A stretch of DNA of 62,767 bases from Guillardia theta CCMP2712 (taxonomy: Eukaryota > Protista > Cryptophyta): NCBI RefSeq assembly GCF_000315625.1, contig NW_005434613.1:278457-341223 (forward strand). The letters are read 5' to 3'. Position 1 is the first letter of the stretch. The number at the start of each line of letters is the position of its first letter. This document shows positions 42,165 through 54,991 of the stretch, one piece after another. Position numbers and translations under genes: made by a program. Below the pieces are notes generated by a model that saw only the letters and a program-made list of their open reading frames with translations, was not told the origin of the DNA and did not search any database.

Positions 42165-43118
42165 TCACAGGAGGCGAGCCGTGGAATGATTCCCCAGCTC
42201 CGGTCTCGCAGCGAGGTCCGTCAGCATAGCCGGAGTGACGAAGTTGCTGGCCTGGCAGAAGCCGGGGGACGGCAGCTTGGAGTTCTTGTACTTGTAAATG
42301 TGGGAGCCCGGCAGCTGCAGCATGGCCTCGTCGAAGGCTTTCAGGATCCCCTGGTTCAGAGCCTCGCAGTCGTCCACAAACACCTGCCACTTCCCCTTCA
42401 TGTGCTTGCTGATGACCCCGAGGTCCGACTGAACTCCATTGTAGGAGTGCTCCCCGTCGATGACGACGAGGTCGCAGAGGAGGCTGTTCTGCTCGAAGAA
42501 AGAAGGGACTGTCTTCTTCGAGTCTCCCCACATCACCTGCAACCTGCCCGGGAACTCCTCCGACAGTTTCTTCGCCACCACCTTGGCTGCGCTGTAGACC
42601 CCAAGGTCCCAGCCGTAGTACCGCACGCGCGGGTCGCTGAGGAGGAAGAGGGAGGCGCTATGTCCGCCATTGAAACCTGTTTCGCACACATTGATCGTGT
42701 CCTCCTTGAAGAGCTTCAAGGTTTGCGAGTACAGGAACATCTGGAAGTTGTTGGTAGCCACGTTGCCCGTGTACTGCGTGTTGGTCTGCTTTCTCCAGTC
42801 CTCAATCTTGCTGAAGTAGTCGAACACGGCAGGAGGGATCTTCGCCTTCGACTGGAGGTTCTCCTCCGACGACACAACCCTCGAGACGGTCAGTCCTGTG
42901 CGCGCCATGGGCGGATGGGAGGGGGCAGTGCCAGCAAGCTGGGAGGGGACGCCTGAGGGCACTTGGACTAGGGGAGACTTGACGGGCCTCTGTGTCATTC
43001 TTGGCATCAAAAGTCGGAATGACACGATGAGGACGAGGATGAGGATAACTTGGAAGATCCATGGAGCCCACCGGCCTCGAGACGCGAGCGCGCGGGAGGT
43101 AGGGTGGTTCCTCTTCAT
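42165..43118 (-). CDS. Class I SAM-dependent methyltransferase (Methyltransf_24-like), type II membrane-anchored
   Basis: N-terminal TM IFQVILILVLIVSF; motif I VCETGFNGGHSA; VMWGDS; DLVVIDGEHSYNGVQSD; VFVDD. Confidence 0.82.
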   Translation of the reverse strand: MKRNHPTSRALASRGRWAPWIFQVILILVLIVSFRLLMPRMTQRPVKSPLVQVPSGVPSQLAGTAPSHPPMARTGLTVSRVVSSEENLQSKAKIPPAVFDYFSKIEDWRKQTNTQYTGNVATNNFQMFLYSQTLKLFKEDTINVCETGFNGGHSASLFLLSDPRVRYYGWDLGVYSAAKVVAKKLSEEFPGRLQVMWGDSKKTVPSFFEQNSLLCDLVVIDGEHSYNGVQSDLGVISKHMKGKWQVFVDDCEALNQGILKAFDEAMLQLPGSHIYKYKNSKLPSPGFCQASNFVTPAMLTDLAARPELGNHSTARLL

Positions 43119-43176
43119 GGGGAAGGAGCTCGACGAGGCAAGATGCTTACCCTGTCACCCCTGCCTCTGTGCCTGT

Positions 43177-43317
<141 letters not shown>

Positions 43318-43346
43318 TGCCTACCCGTCCTCTCCCTCACCTCGTC

Positions 43347-43600
43347 ATCCTTTTATTGACTGAAAAAGAAGGGCAAACCGGAAAACAAAGGAGGACGAGG
43401 ATAGAGCCTACAAACCCGCCTCAATAAAATACTAGGAAACGAAGGAGGCAGCGAAAACCGCTACTCCAACGACGCAAGCGACGGCAGGCACGACAAGCAG
43501 GGCAGTAGCGCAAGGCTCCTGCGAGGAGGACGGCAAGACCCATGCGAGAGCGATACTGCCGAAACAGGCGAGCACGCCAACGATGAAAGCATTCAATTGT
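43347..43600 (-). mobile_element. Putative 5'-truncated non-LTR retrotransposon 3' end
   Basis: Minus strand carries ORF tail FHRWRARLFRQYRSRMGLAVLLAGALRYCP and ends ...TTCAGTCAATAAAAGGAT. Its 24-bp terminus and an internal 20-mer recur exactly at 40139-40162 and 40167-40186. The element assignment is inference. Confidence 0.45.
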
Positions 43601-43778
43601 AACCTCATGGGGTAAGGGGGTAGTGCTGCTAGGCAAAAGACGGGCGTTTGAAAGGTTTAAAGACATGGAAACAGGAGGGTGGGGTAGTCAAACAAGGGGT
43701 ACTACACAGTTCTTGGGACGCTCATCATGATCTACACACTTAATGCCCATCAGCCTGACGATCCGCCAGAAGGTCGGC

Positions 43779-43843
43779 AAGACAGCTGGGTAAGACAGCT
43801 GGGCAAGACAGCTGGGTAAGACAGGTGGGTATGACAGCTGGGA
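43779..43843. repeat. 13-bp minisatellite (AAGACAGCTGGGY) x5
   Basis: Five tandem imperfect copies, most containing CAGCTG. Confidence 0.85.
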
Positions 43844-43866
43844 GCCCAGCTGTTGTCGGGACGCCT

Positions 43867-46800
43867 TTAGATGGGCCATGCGCAGATGCGATCGAATGCT
43901 CGTTTCTCCACCGCCTTGGGAGAGTACTTGCGATGAGGACTGACGGGCTGGGAAGAAGGGTCAGGTGGATTGGTGAAGTGCGGGAGAGCAGAGAGGGCAT
44001 GTGAAATGCTGTGCTCTCCCTCCCTCTCTCCCTCCCTCTCTCCCTCTCTTCTCCTCGACCCTCTCTCCTTTCCCCCTCCCTCACTCGCCCCCTCGCACTC
44101 TTTCTTTGCTCTGACCTCATGCTCGTCCACGGGAAGGGACACGACTGGGATCGCGTGATGCTCCTGCGCCCCCTGCAGAGAGGAAGAGGAGGGAGGAGGA
44201 GAGTCAACGAGCATCTCAGCTCCTCCGAGGCAGTCGCGTGCTCACATTGGTTTTGCGACCGTCCCAGCTGACGATGTTCCGCACTCTCGCGCTCTGAGGC
44301 ATGCTGCCATGGCACATCAGCATCCGGCTCCTGCAGGACGGAGGCATACCGAGGAGACATCCTGCTGTTGGCCATGGTGCGGGATGTCATGGAGCCTAGC
44401 ATGAGAGATTAGTGTACCATCCTCCCTGCCTTTGTTGGAGAGAGGGAGTGAGAGCAGGAGAGGGAGAGGGAGAGGGAGAGGGAGAGGGAGAGGGAGAGGT
44501 AGAGGGAGAGGGAGAGGGAGAGGGAGAGGGAGAGGGAGAGGGAGAGGAGAGGAGAGAGAGTAGTGGGAGAGAAGAGAGGGAGAGGTAAGAGGGAACGCGT
44601 GAGGGAGACGGAGGAGATAGAGACGGAGAGGAAGGAGACGGGGTAGTTGGAGGGAGAGGGGCGCAAGGAAATCACCGTTGGCGTTGAGAGACTTGCCGTA
44701 ATTCCCGGATGGCAGCCCTTCTCCTCATCAGCTCACACTCAACGTCGCGATCTCAATCACCTTTTCGCCATGATTCTGACAGGTTTGCGCGCTCCTGCCA
44801 GGGAACGTCCTTCCTAGACTTTATCATGCTGCGTGACAAGTCAGAGGAAGAGGGGGAGGGAGAGGAAGAGGAAGAGGAAGGGAGAGGGAGAGGAAGAGGA
44901 AGAAGAGGTCAGTCAGCAGCTCACCGGCCGCTACAGCTTCTCGGGTCCTCGTTCTCAATCTGAGGAGTGGGGAAGGTGAGGGATGTCAGGAGAAGGAGGG
45001 CGAGACAGCTCATGGGTTCATACTCGACTTAGCAGATCCAAGTCCTCTGCGTCCAGCTGTTGAAGAGCTCGAGTCAGCGTTTCGATGCAACGTGGTCAGA
45101 GAGATACCTGTCTGGAGTCGAGGTCGCTCTTTCTTGTAACAGGCATCTCAGGTGGCGCGGGAGCGGCAAGTTTGATGGGTTTTGATACATTCTCCTCGCA
45201 TGAGATTTCGGGCAGAGACTCGTCCTGATCGAATCGCGTCAAGGGAAGGAGCAAAGAACTGGAGACGTGGAACAACAGCTGCTTACAGGATTTGACGACG
45301 CACACTCGTCATCGTCAGTTTCCGACTGCGACGGCTGCTTTCCATCCTGTGGGGCAGGGAGATCAATGGCAAGGGAGAGGGCAAGATGCTGTACTTGTGG
45401 GTTCACTTGTTGTACTTCTGACATCCACTTCCTCAACATACTATGTGCTACCTCATCCGTCATCTAAGGAGACACTCGCCATCAGCGGACAGGCAACAAA
45501 AAACAGGAAAATATGCGAGAAACCTCACACACAAAAGGAAATCCCTCTCTCCCTCTCTCTCTCGCTTACTCACCGCGTTATCGAGCTTGTTCTTTATCGA
45601 CGACTCATCAGAGGACGGGGGAGTGGCATGGGATCCGGACGCACTCCTTGTAACCTTGTCGGATGTGTTTGATCTGCACGTGTAAGTCACCCCAACATTG
45701 ACAGGAGCCCGCGAGTCAATCAACCTTGCAGAGAGGCTGCCAGCGTTGGGGTTGAGGAGAGTGAGTGGAATCCCTCGGAGAACCTCAACCTCGAAAGTTT
45801 CTCTTGGCGACGACATGTCAGGAGTCAGGTTGTCCTGCTACACCACGAGCGAGTCAGGGAGAGGAAGGAGGGAGTGAGCAGGGTGCGATTCTCACAGAGG
45901 AGAGGGTGTGCCTGCGAAGGTTATCAGAACGTCAAGCACCTCTGAACTCTTCCATCACCTCGCGATTAGGAGGTGGACTGTAGTGTTGAAAGGGCCAGAG
46001 ATCTTGTTGGTGACCTGACGAGTCTGTCACTTCAGGACAAGGCTGGCATGCTCCTTCACCGAGGAATAGTATTCCAGCGGGTTGACATCTTTCAGATCAC
46101 CCTGGTGGAGGATTTTCTCGCCGTCCACAGCCTCGATTAGATCCCCTACAGGAAACGTTGATAAGAAGAAGATGCCAGACGATGGTTTCGAAGAGCCCGA
46201 GGCTGAGGAGGAAGAAATGCAAAGGTAGAGTTGGAATTTGAGAGACAATGATCACCTGGCTTGATCCCCTTGGTGTCACATGGCCCCCCTTCCTTCACAG
46301 CTTCTACAACAAGTTGTCCACCTTTGACCTGTAAGACAGCTTCTCAACAACAACGTCCTTCAAACACAAAGCTGCCAAAAGCACCTTGAACTTCAGCCCA
46401 ATCCCCCCCAGCTGCTGAGGAGCGGTGTTGGATAGATCTGAACGGGAATCAGGAAACCATGAAAGACGAAAAAGGTCCAAGAGAGCACCCAGCCTTTTGA
46501 CGACGTTACTCTGCATTATGAGCCATAGTCAGTCAAAAGTACCGTTGCGACACTTCCAGGTTATTACAACCAACCTTATTCTCGAAGGATGGTATGATTA
46601 TGGACACATCGGATTCCATATCCTTCCCGTTGTGTCCCTTCACCTTTTTCCTGTTGTAGCTGGTTCAGCGGTACTGCTGGGAGTTGTGTTCACACAGGCA
46701 TACAAGTTCTCATCAAGGAACGTGAAGGTTTGCTCCCATTTTGCTTGCTTGGTAGAAATCACATCCCAAACCTGCAAGGGCGGTGTCAGTCATCACAATA

Positions 46801-47446
46801 TGTTCAGCGAGAAGAACAATTCATAATCACCTTCACTTCGCAACTCCCAATATATTCATCCTTCCTTCCAAGATCCCAGTCCATGAACTTGGGTAGAAGA
46901 TCAATTTCCATATACGACCACCTTCGCTGCAACTTACGTCTATTCTGACGACACTGACAGGATCCTGAAATGAGTAGTTGAGCATACATCAAACCATGTA
47001 AGCAGCTTGCCATACCGCGGCCTTGAAGGTGAAGACCTCTTCGTACTGTGCCTCGTAGGCGTTCTTCTTGGTTTCTGTCGGACGTCAGGTCCAGTAGAAG
47101 AGCACGTTGGTGCTATATCCGCACCTGTCCTCTGCTTTGCATCGTCGACGACCACGATGCAGTACGGGTCACATTTTCCCATCCGCTGTAGCCTCATATG
47201 AGCATAAGTAAGCACAGGCAGCACATCTGACATCCATCTTCGGAAGGTTTCGCACGTTCTTGACATGGATCTGTTAATGCTTTCATGATCCTGGAAAGAT
47301 GAAATGCAGTCTGCAACCTTGAACTCCACCGGCCATGAGAGTTCTCCATGAAATTCGGTTATTGCAGATCCATTCACGCTAGGTGGCTGCTGTGCTGCTG
47401 CACTTTGTTCGCCATGGTCTGAGAAAATTAACGTCACTGGGTACAT
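43867..47446 (-). CDS. Multi-exon C2-domain + PDZ-like domain protein (ends approximate)
   Basis: C2: MGKCDPYCIVVVDDAKQRT, YEEVFTF, FMDWDLGRKDEYIGSCEV. PDZ-like: GGIGLKFK, VTPRGSS, VGDLIEAVDGEKI, TFEVEVLRG. Confidence 0.65.
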
Positions 47447-47809
47447 ACATAAGCTATCAAAGAACGACGGGAGTGAGGTCAGATACCTCTGTCAGATATC
47501 CTCTCAGCCAACATTAAGCAGTTACAAATTGGTGCTTCTTGCGAGAGGGGGTAAATGTGTGCAATTGAAGTTGACAAAGCTAAAGGACGGAGAGGGAGGA
47601 AAATCGTGCTGTTCACGAAAACAATGTGGTGCACCACTTCAATCCATACGGTCACAAACAGCATCATTCACAAACATTTCCCCCCTCACTCTCCACCTTC
47701 TACTTGATTCCCGTTCCTCCTCCTCTCCTCCTCCTCCCCTCCTCTCACTCCCCTCATTGCTTACCGCTTTCGCTCCTCGCTGCCATATCAGTCCTCTTTC
47801 TGCCTCTGG

Positions 47810-48420
47810 TCATCCCACCCCTTCCTACTACCACCCGGTCGCACAAAGTACCACCCACGTACATGAAGTCATTTCCACCCCCTTGAGTCTGATATTTGGA
47901 CTACCCCTACCTCTTGTACCAGACAGTACCCCCACCACACTAGGTTTTCAATGTCCGACTTTCTTTTTGCACTCACCCCACCCCACCCTCTGACAAAACT
48001 ACCCCTGGTTATCGAAGTACCCCCTGACATCTTACCCCTACCCCCTATCTGCTATTGGTAATATACCCCACCCTGTAGGGAAATTTTGCCCTATGGGTGC
48101 AGCGACGTAGTCTTTTAGTGAAACAGGGTAGTGTATAGACCCTACCCTGGTATTCTACCACCCAATACTCAGAAACTGAGGGGTGCCTATCGATGACCCT
48201 ACCTTACTACATATCCCCAATACAACCCCATAATTGTACCTTACCCGGGCCGTACCGCAACCGTTGCACGGGTGTAACCGTCTATTGATATCACTCAGTG
48301 ACTGACTCTCAGTCCGATCCCCGATGCCGGGGCTCCGGGAGGCTGGCGGCCCGCCCGCCGGCCCAGGCCGTTGACGGCGCGCCCCGGCTCTCGGCCCGGG
48401 CTCCGAGTCTCTGGCCGGAT
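47810..48420. other. C-rich patch followed by palindrome-dense GC core
   Basis: TACCCC/CACCCC words 47810-48245, then CCGG/GGCC-rich 48245-48420. Confidence 0.55.
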
Positions 48421-48499
48421 GATGCCGAGTGCTCTTGAAGATGTGGATCAACAAACGTGACAAGTTCAAACTTCTTGATTCTCAATCTGTGATGGTTAC

Positions 48500-51400
48500 G
48501 TCGTGATCACGGACAGTCTGCAACTGGCCGCTGCCGGTGTCCTGCACAAGGGAACGGATCAGTCTTCCAGTGCAGTCTGCTGCTAATGTGATGATGATGG
48601 GTGAGGAGGAGGTGGCTGACCTCTCGCAGAACCTCGTTGATAGAGTCGATCGTGTTGGGGTTGACCCGGTTCAGAATCTGATCGAGGATCTCCTGCAGTC
48701 ATTGAAAGGGCATCAGCAGGTGAAAGCAAATCGATGATGATGGAGCTTCCAGACCTTATTGGTGGTGCAAAATTGCCCTGGGAAGCCACGGTCATTCGAG
48801 GCCGAATCAGGTCGATCAGCTCACCGTATGCATTCTTGAAAAACTCCACGTAATTTCGCTTGTAGAACGCCTCCTGTGACGCAAAGGATGCTCAGAGGAA
48901 AAGGTTGACGCAAGGGATAATCAGGGGGGACTGTCAGTCGGAGCCGTACGTTGAGCTCGTAGTAATCGTGCACTTCGATCTCGTCGTCGGAGTCCTCTGC
49001 ACTGCGGGTCAGCCCTAGTGATACATCATAGGGGTACAAGAGCACCGTCAGAGTCCCTGCTCTCCTCGGAATCGTTCTTCGCCAACTCCTGCTTGAAGAT
49101 CGCATGAGTCACGCAGGAGCTCGATACATCCTCTCCCTCTCTCTCTTTCCTTCTTTCGGAAGGTAGGACTGCTCGAATCCATATCCTGCCAGACATTTCA
49201 GGAGAGGGATCGGGCGAGCGGGACAGCAGCACCCATTCATCACTCAGAAAGTAGTCGGAGTAACCAAAGTCCGTCTCAGGGTAGAGGTCGCTATCTCTCG
49301 AGCTTTCGTCCTGTATCAAAGTAGTTCATGACACAAGCAGTCATCGGGCCACACTCGTACAGAGCCCGCGGACAAGGAGCTTTGAGACTGCATGTTTCGT
49401 CGCCTCTGCTTGACACTCTGAAGAAGTTCAAGTCAGAAAGCTCATCAGTGAGCTCCAGTTCAGACCAAGAGCTCCTTGATGACGTCGACAAGCTTCTCAA
49501 GCAACACGTGAAAGTTTTCTCGCAGGTATTCTTACAGCAGAATCAGTTGAGGGCACCAGGATCCTCCTGCAACTTACGAGGCAGCACGTTGAATCCGAGG
49601 GAGAGGACGGAGGACATGGCTGAAAGTAGCCAACCCAGTGAGCTTATCCTCGCCAGGGTGGATCGAAAGGGAGCGGATATGGAGCAGGGTCCAGACATAC
49701 CATATACGAAAATCTTGCGATCATATTGTCGTGGGGTGACTGCCTTGTCGTTGAGCCGGTCGAAGGCGCTGAAGACAGTTTCGAAGAAGATCTGTGGAAA
49801 GACATGGTTGAGGGATAGCAGGCCACGTCATCAGCCTGACCTTGAGGTTGCCCTTGGAGTCCAAAGCTTGCAAGGCAATCGACGGGTTGTAGTAGAGCAT
49901 GTGGAGGGAGAGCCTGACAAAGTGTCAAACGAGCGGTGTGAAGACTTGAGCTCGCCCCCACCTGTGCAAACTCAACTGGAAGCCCTCCGAGGTTGAGCCC
50001 CTCTGATAATTCGAACAGATCAGCCCGTTCGCAATGTCGTCTACATATCCATCGACGTATCCTCCTGCTTCATGTTGAGAGGCGGAGGGGAGGGAGTATC
50101 GGAATAGGCTTACCAGACTCATCCTTGCAGTTCAAGAACATGAAGCTCAAGAGCGAGGCTGCACGAGGACAGAAAGCTGACATGGTCGTCAGACCAGCAC
50201 TCTGTCCAGTACAGCAAAGTTGCGCACTTTCAGCTTCTGGAATATTACAGAGATACTTGGCAGCGGCCGTGTAGACCATCTTGTGTCTGTGTCAATTCTT
50301 CCAACACAAATGAGAAGATGAAAAAAGTTACATGCACATTCATAGGATCAGAAACAAATCTCTTTGTGCTGTGCATGTAGTTTGAAACAACACTGAAAGC
50401 GTAGTCAGAATGATCATTCTTCATCAATGGTGCTCTTGCATACCTGTTAAAGTTGTCGAGCACTGAATAGCCGACTCTATGAAACGTCTCGCAAAGAGGT
50501 TTGAAGAGATTCCAAACAGAATCCGTGATTGACGGGGCACAATAAGTCAAGTAGTTCAAAATTTCCTTTCGACCAAGTCAGAATGTGAGGAAAAGCAAAT
50601 TCGTCATCATCGCTCTACCACTCCATCTGCAATGAATTGTCCCATGCTCTCTTGATTCGAAAACATTCTATTCAACACTTTCAAAATCTCATTGTCGATC
50701 TGAAAGCCAAACGACTCAATTCATAGTCGGATTGATCATTTGATAGAGCAATGAAGCACCTCTCCATATAGGTGAGGCAAATCCTTCATGGCATTCAAGA
50801 GGCTCAACAACGCTGAGATTGAAACGGACAATAAGACAGTCTTGCTCAAGTGCGCGGCTTCAAAATTGAGATCAGCCAGAATCAGTGAACAGAAACATCA
50901 CTCTCACATTCAGAACTGTCCAGGATAGTCTGGCACAGATTCTTGCAGATACTGGATGCAAGAGGGAGGACCTATAAAGAAGGTCAATCCCATGAGCATT
51001 TCAATGTAATACTTCACTTCTTCAGGAAATCTCTCCACCATGAAAGCTGCAACTGATACAACTTCATCGTGTTGAATTGACTGCTACAAGGTCAGCTTTG
51101 GAGATTGTGGAGAGCGAATTTTGACCTGCATGAGAGAAATGATGTTTGGTAGGACTTCAGCAATAAGTGGACGAAACTCTTCCAAGTCCTGTACCGAAAC
51201 AATTCTTCAGAATCGTACAGGAAACAACAACGAAACTGTAGATTGCATGACAATCTTCTTACATCGGCAGATTCCATGAGATTCTTCAATGACAAAGCTG
51301 CTTCATACTGCACAGGAACCTCGGAGTCTTTGAGGCATTTTGCCACCTGCAGTGATGAAGGAGGGGGCACATCAATATGACCAACCTCTACAAATATTCC

Positions 51401-54165
51401 AGAAATAGAAGATCCAGAAAAAAACGACAACGCAACCGATCAGTATCCTCTGGTACCTTGCGGACTATTGAAGGAAAGCTGCTCATCTTATACCATCTGC
51501 TCACTTCATGTTAGAAGTTCTTCGTTTGCACCCTAAAGGCGACCTGTCATACTCTCCGACAATCCAACAAGCACATGCTCGAAGGTGTGGTACGTCTGAC
51601 TCAAGATCCTTTACAGCATACTTCTTGATGATTGAGATGATCTATCAAAATGGAATCACTTCGCTCCGAGATCGAATAAACTCGATGATGACTGCTGCTA
51701 CTACTGTCTTCGCTTACCTTGTCATAATATTTCCCCTCGCGCGCGTATGAAACTTTCATCGCCCCAATTGCATAGAAAATTCCTTCCTTCAAGCAATGAT
51801 TCCTCTCCTAAAGGACCACCATTACACATCCATTGTGACATAACAGAGTAATTTCCTCAGGCTCTGCGTCGGCATACGCTGTCAAAGACATTTTACAGTA
51901 GGACAAGAGTGTAGAAAGCGTCCTGCTCAAAGTGAGATAACATCATAGGCACTCAGTTTTTCTGACTTCGAATGCTCGTCAATCAAATCCATGAGAAAGT
52001 GCCTTGCTGCAATCCGAGGGTTGTACATTTCCTCCTGCTTCGTTGTCAAAGTCCGCCTCCTATCTTGTTCCTCTTTCTCGACTCCCTCTCGCAGCAATAT
52101 CTACCTGATCGTCGTACTTCTTCATAATGTATTCCACCGGATCCTCCCGCCAAAGATTCTCATCATGTGCTCCATGCCACATCGCAGGCACCACAACATG
52201 GTAGAACAGTGGTTTCAAGTTGGGTTTGAGCACGTTCCAGCATTTTCGAACTTTCTGACATTCCGAGAGGAGTCCAAAACAATCCGAATGAACCTGATGG
52301 CAGTGAAAAATCTGTGGCCACCTCTAAAAGCCATTTACCTTCTTGGGAATGAAGTTTCCATTGAAACTCTTTTCCATGAGAACGACAACAGTCTTCATGA
52401 CTTCTGGGATGCACGACTGTAATACCTGTTGCGATGCATGAGTCGACACCAAATTTAAGAGATCCTGTTCTATCGTTTGAACCTTGAAGAAAGAATCATA
52501 TGCTTTTCTTGCTTTGGTGTCACATTTCTTGTAGAATGACGTCGCCTTTGTGAAAAACCTCACCTGGTATCAGCAGCAACAATATCAGTATGCATCATCG
52601 TTTGAAAATATCGTAGCTCTACCGCCCATTTCTTTGGAAGCCAGAACTGGATCAGAAAATCGTCTTCTCCTGTTGGTGGGAGCTCTCGTTGAATTACAGT
52701 AGCCAAAAACCTTCAATCTCCATCAACAACACCAGATGCTTGATCATGGCGAATGCACTAACCCAGTAACAACGTCTGACTGATCTTTCCATATGGAAAT
52801 GTCCTGATTTGGTTCCGCTTCTTCGCTCCAGTCCCAAGAAGGATTGGCACGATAAAGAATCTGCAGGGCATTCCCAACCTTCAGAACCGGCACTCAGTTT
52901 TGTTCTTTTTCACCTTGCAAATCATCTTCAGCACAAGGGCACCATGGGGGCTAGCCACAGGTCCATCGATTGCTGCTTTGCCAACAGTCATCATCTGCCA
53001 TGGTTCCATAGTTACCATCGATATCTTGTGACCAAATAGAGTCAACCGGAATGAAAAGCTCGTAGATAAGAGGGGAAATCTTGTCTCGAGGAAGACCGAG
53101 TTCCACCTGAAAAGAGTCTCAATAGAGCCAAGTGACATGAATCACATTGTTTTGCACCTTATAGATCACATCTAGAGCAGCACACATTTGAGGTATTGAA
53201 GCAGCTCCCAGTGTCAAATATTTCTTGAGCTGTTGAGAAATCAATCACTAGGGATCTATTGTGAAAACACGAGAATACCTGACCCACAGCCTGAGGTATC
53301 CAATCTGCAGACTCTGTCTCTGCCATGAACTTCAAACAATCCGCTAGTAATCTGATTGAAAGGAATGAGAAAGGTCGTCAATAGCTTTGAAGAAAACCTT
53401 TTCAATTGATCAGATTCAAGGTGAATGACAGTTTCAACGATGTGTTGACGAATGATCAATCTGTCGGCATCAGAAACTCTATACTGCAGAGCATCGCTAT
53501 CGCCTTCCGCCTGTTCTTTACTCCAGGCCTTCTTCATGCAATTCTTGAAATAAACCGCGGCGGACATACGAACCTGACATTTAATGTCAGATAAAACTAT
53601 GAACTTCATCCGCGTTTATTACCTCCACGCTCACAGCTGATGTGGTAATGATTTTCAAGAGGCATGGAAGAAATCCAGGCTTTTGCCTCAGAATGTCCAA
53701 ATGCTGGATTTATCGTGCATCAGATTCTATGGAAGCACCGTTTGAAATTGTCACCTTCTCAGCTTCCTGTCGAATATTCTGATCACTTCGTAAGGTTGCG
53801 GCCAGTAAATCATGCATGACCTGAGCAAATTCAGCTACCACAAACATCAACGGTGAATCTCTCAAGTTTCCACACTTGCAACATCTGCAGCTCATTCATG
53901 TTGTCCCCGCCGTGACTTGCCGCCTGCTGCATTGACATGTCTGATCCTCCACTGCCAAGTAGATGTCAGAGATTGAATGCTTCCTGTTAACATGGCACCG
54001 TAGTTGGAGAGCTCCACGAACAATAGCAAAAGTTTTTCTGTTGGGATGCTGTGTCTTGATGAAACCATGCTCCCTAATCATTCGAAGATGATTTTCCCTC
54101 CCATTTCCTGAATATATAATCCCTATCAAAAGGTGTATGACAAACAGATTCCTCCAGGAAATCAT
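48500..54165 (-). CDS. Importin-beta family protein (importin-7/8, Nmd5/SAD2-like) with signal+LRGG leader and RWD-like C-terminal segment; intron-dense (3' end approximate)
   Basis: IBN_N-type LLAATLRSDQNIRQEAEK and QVRMSAAVYFKNCMKKAW; KEGIFYAIG, PHLRARACWIVGEY, CLKDSEVPVQYEAALSLKNL, YDRKIFVY; downstream VRLRLTVPPDYPLRQPFPLSI. Confidence 0.78.
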
Positions 54166-54991
54166 GGATTCTGATTGTTTCCGGAGTCTTAATGTCGACC
54201 AAGGTGCTTCATAAGCTCGATGGTATCAGCGTTTAGTCCGGAATGGTGGACATTTTCAAGCAGAAATATGTTCAAAGGTCTGCGAAACCCTTATCTTGGA
54301 CTCGTACTTGCAATGTCCTGGGTCAATATCAAATGCTTTCCACCACACCTACCCAGATAGCTTGCAATCAAACAGCTCTCAAGGCAACTGCATGAGATAC
54401 GGCAACACTCATTCTGAACGAAAAAACACGTGCAGCTCCCATGTCGAAGGATGCAAGCTTCACGGACCAAACAAGACAATGAAAAAACAGACGGAACCAG
54501 CACAATCAAGAAAAGGCGGTGTTTGTGAGCGTTGAAGCAAGGGATGGGGCAAGGATGATGGCGGTAGTTGGGACGATGTGGGTTTGATCGGTGCGCACAG
54601 GGATCTTTCAACACCGCAAGGGGGGAACTGAAGAAAGAGGAGACGAGGAAGCATCTCACGAGGGAAGGAGGAAGAAGAGTGAGAGAAGATCATGTTGCTG
54701 TGGAGGAGGGGGATGGGCAGGAAGGGGGAAAGACATAAATGAGATGCGCTGCTTCCCGCCATGCGCCCTCCCTCCTTCTGGTTGTCCTAGATCTTGAAAC
54801 CCTCCTAGATCTAGAACGTAGGATTCTAGATCTAGGACCGTCCTAACTAATTCATACTAATCATTTGGGCCGGGCCGGCCGGGGCGGCCGGGCCCGGCGC
54901 CGACCGTACCGTCGGAGTCGGCCCGGGCGACGGGTGACCGTACACGGCGGCATGGTCGGACCGTCTCACAGTGACTCCGCGCTGACGGAAT

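Noticed and set aside
41862-42956. 364-aa plus-strand ORF
   Set aside because: Antisense shadow of the methyltransferase; no motifs.
54291-54797. Short ORFs upstream of the importin gene
   Set aside because: No recognisable motif or consistent splice model; probably UTR or intergenic.
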